A stretch of DNA of 49,704 nt from a virus (taxonomy: Duplodnaviria > Heunggongvirae > Uroviricota > Caudoviricetes): the IMG/VR virus record IMGVR_UViG_3300020049_008481; one strand, written 5' to 3'. The notes under the pieces are model-generated. The model did not search any database. It saw nothing but the letters and a program-made list of their open reading frames with translations, and was not told the origin of the DNA. The stretch's first letter is position 1, and the number at the start of each line of letters is the position of its first letter. Position numbers and translations under genes: made by a program. Positions 45,107 through 49,704 of the stretch are shown one piece after another.

Positions 45107-45261
45107 TTTAGACATCCGACTATCCAATTATATGGGCACCAGTATCTAGAGGTGTAATGGTTTCCAGGTTTATGGTAGGTAACCATTAAAAGATTTCTGA
45201 CTGGTGACTTTCTATCTATTTTCGATATCTTCTGATGTGTTTCAATGCTTATTCTAGACAT
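45103..45261 (-). CDS. Small NW-motif protein (52 aa, not in track)
   Basis: MSRISIET...PYNWIVGCLK*. Confidence 0.68.
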   Translation of the reverse strand: MSRISIETHQKISKIDRKSPVRNLLMVTYHKPGNHYTSRYWCPYNWIVGCLK

Positions 45262-45404
45262 CCAACAATCCAATTCAACGGCAAATTAAAGTACCCTCTC
45301 ATAGCTTTGCAAATAAAAAACTGATGGGTGTTAGAAAAAGACAGATATACAGAAATATAATATCCGTGCCCATCAGAAAAACTCATTTTTATAAGCTTGA
45401 TCAT
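45249..45404 (-). CDS. Small NW-motif protein (51 aa, not in track)
   Basis: MIKLIKMS...PLNWIVGCLE*. Confidence 0.68.
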   Translation of the reverse strand: MIKLIKMSFSDGHGYYISVYLSFSNTHQFFICKAMRGYFNLPLNWIVGCLE

Positions 45405-45407
45405 GTA

Positions 45408-45662
45408 TCAAGTGTCGGCTTCTTTCACAGACACTGCAATCCAATTACCTGGAAGGACAAGAGCCTGCCGGTCCTTGAATTGCAGGAAACAAAATTTACT
45501 CTGATGATACCAGATAGCACTCACGTCATGTTCCCAAACAGGATGGAAATCATCACGGTACATGGTGCTGTAGGCTTCGATGCAGTCGAATATGAATCTT
45601 AAATCCTGTACAACCCCTGGCCTGAACATACTGAGGAAAGGTTCATTAATTTCAAAACTCAT
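45408..45662 (-). CDS. Small NW-motif protein
   Basis: PGNWIAVSVKEADT*. Confidence 0.72.
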   Translation of the reverse strand: MSFEINEPFLSMFRPGVVQDLRFIFDCIEAYSTMYRDDFHPVWEHDVSAIWYHQSKFCFLQFKDRQALVLPGNWIAVSVKEADT

Positions 45663-45835
45663 ATAAACCCTAAAATCCAGTTATTAATTTTGGCACATCG
45701 CCAAGTATTAGCGTTTGTTTGTTGGGTGAAAATGGCGCAGTATCCATCTCGGATATGAAATTCGACTAGAGGGCTAGCTGGCTTTTCAAAGTTACCTACC
45801 ACTACAGTTCCCAACCCAGCTACGAAAAAGATCAT
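45659..45835 (-). CDS. Small NW-motif protein (58 aa, not in track)
   Basis: MIFFVAGL...INNWILGFI*; ATGA overlaps at both ends. Confidence 0.66.
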   Translation of the reverse strand: MIFFVAGLGTVVVGNFEKPASPLVEFHIRDGYCAIFTQQTNANTWRCAKINNWILGFI

Positions 45836-46047
45836 TTAAGCGAGACCGCAATCCAATTGTTCATGTAAATCATGCATTCTGCTAAAAAACATAAACCAAA
45901 CGAAAGAACTCCATCATCGGACCCGTCAGGGTCAGGGTCTTCATTCGCATACCATAAAAAGTCACCATCACTATGAAGACACTCAGTGTCATGAGCAATA
46001 GGTGCATCTATTGGAATGATCATGTAGTGTCCATACTGTGATCCCAT
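45832..46047 (-). CDS. Small NW-motif protein
   Basis: MNNWIAVSLK*. Confidence 0.72.
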   Translation of the reverse strand: MGSQYGHYMIIPIDAPIAHDTECLHSDGDFLWYANEDPDPDGSDDGVLSFGLCFLAECMIYMNNWIAVSLK

Positions 46048-46111
46048 GAGAGGCCCCTAGATCGCTCTGTGTGCCGTTTCTAGACGGTTTATGGGGTAGG
46101 GGTGCCTAGAG

Positions 46112-46327
46112 CTAATCCTGGCCATTAGGATACGTTTCCAGGGTCTGCCAAATAAACCGGCCAGGAGAAGCACTGCCATAAAAATCATCCCAAACTTTTT
46201 CAGGCACATCAATATATTTCCAACGCACCCCGTCATCGAAGATTACATGAACAATCTTTTTCTTTTTATCATAATAGGCCCCATCAACTCTACTGGAACC
46301 AGCGAAAGCACGTCTAAGATATTTCAT
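46112..46327 (-). CDS. KTSC-domain protein
   Basis: SSRVDGAYYD...HVIF..G..WKY.DVP..VW..F..SASPGRF. Confidence 0.82.
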   Translation of the reverse strand: MKYLRRAFAGSSRVDGAYYDKKKKIVHVIFDDGVRWKYIDVPEKVWDDFYGSASPGRFIWQTLETYPNGQD

Positions 46328-46332
46328 ATAAA

Positions 46333-47910
46333 CTACTTTACCATACCTGTCAAGTGGTTTTTAACAATTAACCCATACGGAGAAGGAGTCCCCAACCCAT
46401 TACTAGTAACAAGAGTAGGCCCATCACAATTTTCACCCTTGTCCCAGCCCCAGGCTGTATAAGAAAACCCTCTGGCGTCTGCGTAACTCATTGTATTCTC
46501 AGTGAAACCATCAGAAACACCGGAGCACATCCACTCACCGAATTCACCAATCAGAATAGGGAACGAAGAACTTAAACCACCAGAAGCAAAGCTGCCATCC
46601 AAATAGGCGACGTTCCTCACATTAGCCCCACTAGAAGTGTAAGTATGAATGCTTGCTGCGATCTGGCCCGTTAAATCAACAGGTCGATAATTCATCCAGT
46701 TGTCCATAGAGTTACCCCAACCAAGCCCCTCAATAAATATCACGTTCTTTGAGCCAGTATTACGGATAGCGTTCAAAAGCTCCTGGGTTCCCACAATGTC
46801 AATAGTCGAGCCAACAGGCTGCTGAGGAAAATCCTCAAACTTATAAGTGTAAGTACAGCCGTTCAAATAACAGCCCCAACCGTAAGCTACAGCCTGACTA
46901 TAATCCCCTTGGCAAGCAGGAGTATGGCACCAAATACGTGGCTCGTTATACAGGTCGAAAGCAACGGCAGGATTAGTTTTATACTGCTCAGCAACTAAAC
47001 CCCAGAACGGTAGAGAATGTTCACGGTTAGGTCCAACATCCTGACTCATAGCAATAGTATTACCGGGAGATGACCAGTGAAGATCCAAAATCACATACCT
47101 GCCAGAAGCAGTAAGCTTATCTACCAAAGACTTGACAAAGGCTCTATACGGTTCACCAGAATAAGGGCCAGGGGCCGTACCCAACCAGCAAGACTCATTG
47201 AGCGGCAGCCTAACTGTGTTTATAGAATGCTCACTAGAACCAGCTTTATCCCAAGTGGACAAAGAAGAAACAACAGTATCAGTATAGGCGGGGCTACGCC
47301 CACCAACCACTTCATCATCGTCAGTCATAAAACCTGCCCAGCCTGGGTTCTCACTGTAAGCCACACACCTGAACTCAAGGCTAGGTCTATTCACACCACG
47401 CAACTGCGCAATAGCACCAGATTCGTTAACAAGGTTCTTACCACTAACCTTCAAAGACTTGACTGATGGGGCCACGTCATCGTTAGTGATCTGCCCGAAC
47501 CCCAAACCCCAAAATCCACCCATCTTAGCGTTAACTGGCTTAGTGAAAGAAAACACCACATACTCATTGGCTTCAACAGTTGTGTCACCGTACACTACAA
47601 CACTTACGGTCTTAGAAGTTTCACCTGGGGCAAACGTAACCACACCAGATCCGGCTGCATAATCAATCAAGTCAGCCTGACTGGCAGGCGCATTACCAAC
47701 CACCCTGGTAGTCCAATTCACACTAACAGGCACGGTCGACGGGGCAGTTAAAGAGACATTCTGGACCAAGACGGCAGTCCCAGTGTTGCCTTCTACGACT
47801 TCACCAGTTCCGGGTACCACTAAAGGTAAGGTGGCAGCACTACCTACTGGTGTCGTTAAGACGGCAGATAGGATGATTACAGCAGATAGAAGTTTAAGTA
47901 AAAGGCTCAT
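46333..47910 (-). CDS. Secreted glycoside hydrolase family 5 (cellulase-like) with Calx-beta domain
   Basis: Signal peptide; DYAAGSGVVTFAPGETSKTV...GDTTVEANE (Calx-beta); RGVN, ILDLHW, LYNEP, IHTY, IGEFG, AWGW (GH5). Confidence 0.88.
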   Translation of the reverse strand: MSLLLKLLSAVIILSAVLTTPVGSAATLPLVVPGTGEVVEGNTGTAVLVQNVSLTAPSTVPVSVNWTTRVVGNAPASQADLIDYAAGSGVVTFAPGETSKTVSVVVYGDTTVEANEYVVFSFTKPVNAKMGGFWGLGFGQITNDDVAPSVKSLKVSGKNLVNESGAIAQLRGVNRPSLEFRCVAYSENPGWAGFMTDDDEVVGGRSPAYTDTVVSSLSTWDKAGSSEHSINTVRLPLNESCWLGTAPGPYSGEPYRAFVKSLVDKLTASGRYVILDLHWSSPGNTIAMSQDVGPNREHSLPFWGLVAEQYKTNPAVAFDLYNEPRIWCHTPACQGDYSQAVAYGWGCYLNGCTYTYKFEDFPQQPVGSTIDIVGTQELLNAIRNTGSKNVIFIEGLGWGNSMDNWMNYRPVDLTGQIAASIHTYTSSGANVRNVAYLDGSFASGGLSSSFPILIGEFGEWMCSGVSDGFTENTMSYADARGFSYTAWGWDKGENCDGPTLVTSNGLGTPSPYGLIVKNHLTGMVK

Positions 47911-47931
47911 ACGTTTGTTCTCGGAATATGG

Positions 47932-48102
47932 CTAAGATAAAGAACAGGCTATCCAGTTGAAATCTATAGTTTGGATGTCACGGGCATACCCATCTAATAT
48001 ATCTGTTCCGTACACATAAAACTTTAGACCATCGTGGTAATAAAGGGTAAGCCTATAGAGTGTCAAGTTTATCCTTAAAGCTCTCTCTAGAATTACAGAC
48101 AC
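47932..48102 (-). CDS. Small NW-motif protein (56 aa, not in track)
   Basis: GTG start; DFNWIACSLS*. Confidence 0.64.
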   Translation of the reverse strand: MSVILERALRINLTLYRLTLYYHDGLKFYVYGTDILDGYARDIQTIDFNWIACSLS

Positions 48103-48299
48103 ACTGGTATCCAGTTTGTTTTAACCCATCCACCTTGCCGGTGCCTGTCTGATGTCCAAGTGATACCAATTACCCCCGTATGATTATAACTCAGCACTAA
48201 ATTATTCTGGATATCATTAAACTGAAATTGTGCCCAAAACCCTATAAAAGCACCTTCAGAATTATAGGTGCCGCCTTCATCAACTAAATGCAATGTCAT
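48093..48299 (-). CDS. Small NW-motif protein
   Basis: KTNWIPVCL*. Confidence 0.7.
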   Translation of the reverse strand: MTLHLVDEGGTYNSEGAFIGFWAQFQFNDIQNNLVLSYNHTGVIGITWTSDRHRQGGWVKTNWIPVCL

Positions 48300-48484
48300 C
48301 GTAAACTCACCACAATCCAGTTATAATCATGACGATGCCCTACATGGGAAACCCAAACCTGCCCCATAGGCTTAAAAAAGTAATACAAACGTAATTTGGG
48401 ATCACTAAGCCAAAAAAATAATATAGCGTCAGAGTATCTTTCTGAAATTCTCATCTGATTCCATATAGTTTCTGAATCAGTCAC
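48296..48484 (-). CDS. Small NW-motif protein
   Basis: DYNWIVVSLR*. Confidence 0.72.
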   Translation of the reverse strand: MTDSETIWNQMRISERYSDAILFFWLSDPKLRLYYFFKPMGQVWVSHVGHRHDYNWIVVSLR

Positions 48485-48696
48485 TTCAAACTCGCAATAA
48501 TCCAGTTAGGCATTCTCGACGGGTTGCGACGATCTTCCACAAGAAGATACAATGTAAGACCAATGTAATCATCATCCACTCCAAGCATAGGCTGTCCCAT
48601 CCAAGTTATAGCATTCCTGTACTGAGGTGCGTCATCACTCCAGAAAAATTCTGCATATAGCCCCGATGAATCAACCCATGCCTCTAAATTACTCAC
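48481..48696 (-). CDS. Small NW-motif protein
   Basis: MPNWIIASLK*. Confidence 0.72.
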   Translation of the reverse strand: MSNLEAWVDSSGLYAEFFWSDDAPQYRNAITWMGQPMLGVDDDYIGLTLYLLVEDRRNPSRMPNWIIASLK

Positions 48697-48877
48697 CTAA
48701 AGACCCCAAAATCCAATTTAGCTCCCACACGTTATTCACATCCATAAGAAGAAGCCCGCTGGAACTACTGTGCTAGCGCAGCCAAAGGTGATGAGTATTT
48801 CCGGTCTCATCGCTAAAGGGGGTAAATCGAAATGTAGCCCATGGCTGGGATGGCTCCCCCATCCGTAAAAGTCTCAC
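48689..48877 (-). pseudogene. NW-motif family member interrupted by in-frame TAG (48773-48775)
   Basis: GTGA-coupled start MRLLRMGE...HLWLR*HSSS...ELNWILGSLGE*. Confidence 0.5.
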
Positions 48878-49035
48878 TTTAAGCTCGCCAAAATCCAAGA
48901 GAATGAACAGTTGTCACGTTGATCCGAAATCACTACCAGCCCCGAGTTAGGATACCACCATAGATAAAGTGAATCATCAAACTTAAAACACCTAGAAGAC
49001 TGAGGATCAGCATACCTCCACCTGTAGTTACTCAA
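48874..49035 (-). CDS. Small NW-motif protein (53 aa, not in track)
   Basis: TTG start uncertain; SFSWILASLK*. Confidence 0.58.
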   Translation of the reverse strand: MSNYRWRYADPQSSRCFKFDDSLYLWWYPNSGLVVISDQRDNCSFSWILASLK

Positions 49036-49095
49036 AATTTAAATCCCATTTCACGTACTCGCAGCCACTGTAATAATCTACATGCCTTGACATTC

Positions 49096-49281
49096 TCAAT
49101 TTAAACTCACCGCTATCCAGGGAACCAGAAAAGGCTGATGATCAAGGCCACTAATGAAACGAGAATTTTCATACATATAAATCACGAAAGAACACGTGTT
49201 AGTGAACATCCAATAACAGAGAAGGACGGTAGTATCACTCCAGAAGAATTCTGCACCATACATAGTAGATGTCATTTTCAA
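49096..49281 (-). CDS. Small NW-motif protein
   Basis: LVPWIAVSLN*. Confidence 0.7.
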   Translation of the reverse strand: MKMTSTMYGAEFFWSDTTVLLCYWMFTNTCSFVIYMYENSRFISGLDHQPFLVPWIAVSLN

Positions 49282-49454
49282 TTTAAACTCATCCCCACCA
49301 TAATCCAGTTAACCCGACAAACTGAAATCGAAGCACCAGAGTAAGCGCATAAACACCTGAACCCATTAAAATCATACACCCCAACAACAGTAACATCATA
49401 ATAATTTCCAAACTGGAAATCAACAGAACCTGGCACAATACGGGTTGTTTTCAT
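49278..49454 (-). CDS. Small NW-motif protein
   Basis: Start at ATGA overlap 49454 (MKTT); RVNWIMVGMSLN*. Confidence 0.68.
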   Translation of the reverse strand: MKTTRIVPGSVDFQFGNYYDVTVVGVYDFNGFRCLCAYSGASISVCRVNWIMVGMSLN

Positions 49455-49630
49455 TTCAAACTCACTAGAACCCAATTAACCGTACAACCCCACCTATCAA
49501 ACTCAGAAACCTCAGGATCTTTAGCCCCAGAAAGCCCTGCATTAAGGCCATTCCAACCATCTAACAAATGCATAAACCAAACCAAATACACCACCCGTTT
49601 GGGTTGTATTGTATCAAGTGTTTGATACAT
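49451..49630 (-). CDS. Small NW-motif protein (59 aa, not in track)
   Basis: MYQTLDTI...TVNWVLVSLK*. Confidence 0.68.
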   Translation of the reverse strand: MYQTLDTIQPKRVVYLVWFMHLLDGWNGLNAGLSGAKDPEVSEFDRWGCTVNWVLVSLK

Positions 49631-49658
49631 TATTGTTCTAGTGGCATGGGTTGTGCCA

Positions 49659-49704
49659 TTTGTTGTCTGGACAGCCTGTAGTTTAAATGTATAGAGAACA
49701 GACA
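49659..49704. repeat. Right copy of 46-bp perfect inverted repeat, truncated by window end
   Basis: Exact reverse complement of 40619..40664. Confidence 0.9.

Noticed and set aside
68-49344. Plus-strand ORFs in the track other than rpf (e.g. 4859..5173, 18764..19096, 44373..44750, 47077..47466)
   Set aside because: They are antisense shadows of well-supported minus-strand genes, without SDs or recognisable motifs.
38729-49630. The NW motif as a DNA element (stoperator, attC-like or recombinase site)
   Set aside because: It is always in one reading frame, Ser uses both TCN and AGY, W->F needs two base changes, and there is no dyad symmetry. This fits protein-level constraint, although local DNA homology may be used secondarily.
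1-49704. Genome-wide TAG reassignment (amber recoding)
   Set aside because: TAG cleanly ends the chaperone, scaffold and decoration genes ahead of the next gene's SD or frameshift context, long genes have no internal TAG, and TerL-N ends TAG TAA.

Overview
A ~50 kb segment of a tailed dsDNA phage genome, siphovirus-like. The host is probably an actinobacterium, judged from an Rpf muralytic gene, a WhiG/FliA-type sigma factor and leaderless promoters. Almost all genes are on the minus strand. Read from the left end (reverse of transcription order), the window holds: a tail module (tape measure, frameshifted tail chaperone, major tail protein, free-standing GIY-YIG endonuclease); a head module (connectors, major capsid, decoration, scaffold, putative protease, portal); a terminase large subunit carrying one cis LAGLIDADG intein and fractured by a second, split intein whose halves flank an out-of-frame zinc-finger/Vsr-like endonuclease; a lysis cassette; an ~8 kb glycosylation cluster (GT2s, GT11, GDP-mannose 3,5-epimerase-like enzyme, methyltransferases); RuvC; a symmetric back-to-back promoter pair driving a stand-alone Rpf gene; HU; a ~400 bp structured non-coding region; and an ~11 kb accessory region with thyX, peptide deformylase, the sigma factor, KTSC and a GH5 glycoside hydrolase. 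The most unusual feature is about 35 small ORFs (48-82 aa, many below the 60-aa cutoff of the supplied track and translated by hand). Their bodies are largely dissimilar, but nearly all end in the same C-terminal peptide, consensus N-W-[I/T/V]-x-x-S-[L/I]-K. The codon pattern indicates selection on the protein. All function calls rest on motif recognition by eye; no database searches were run.
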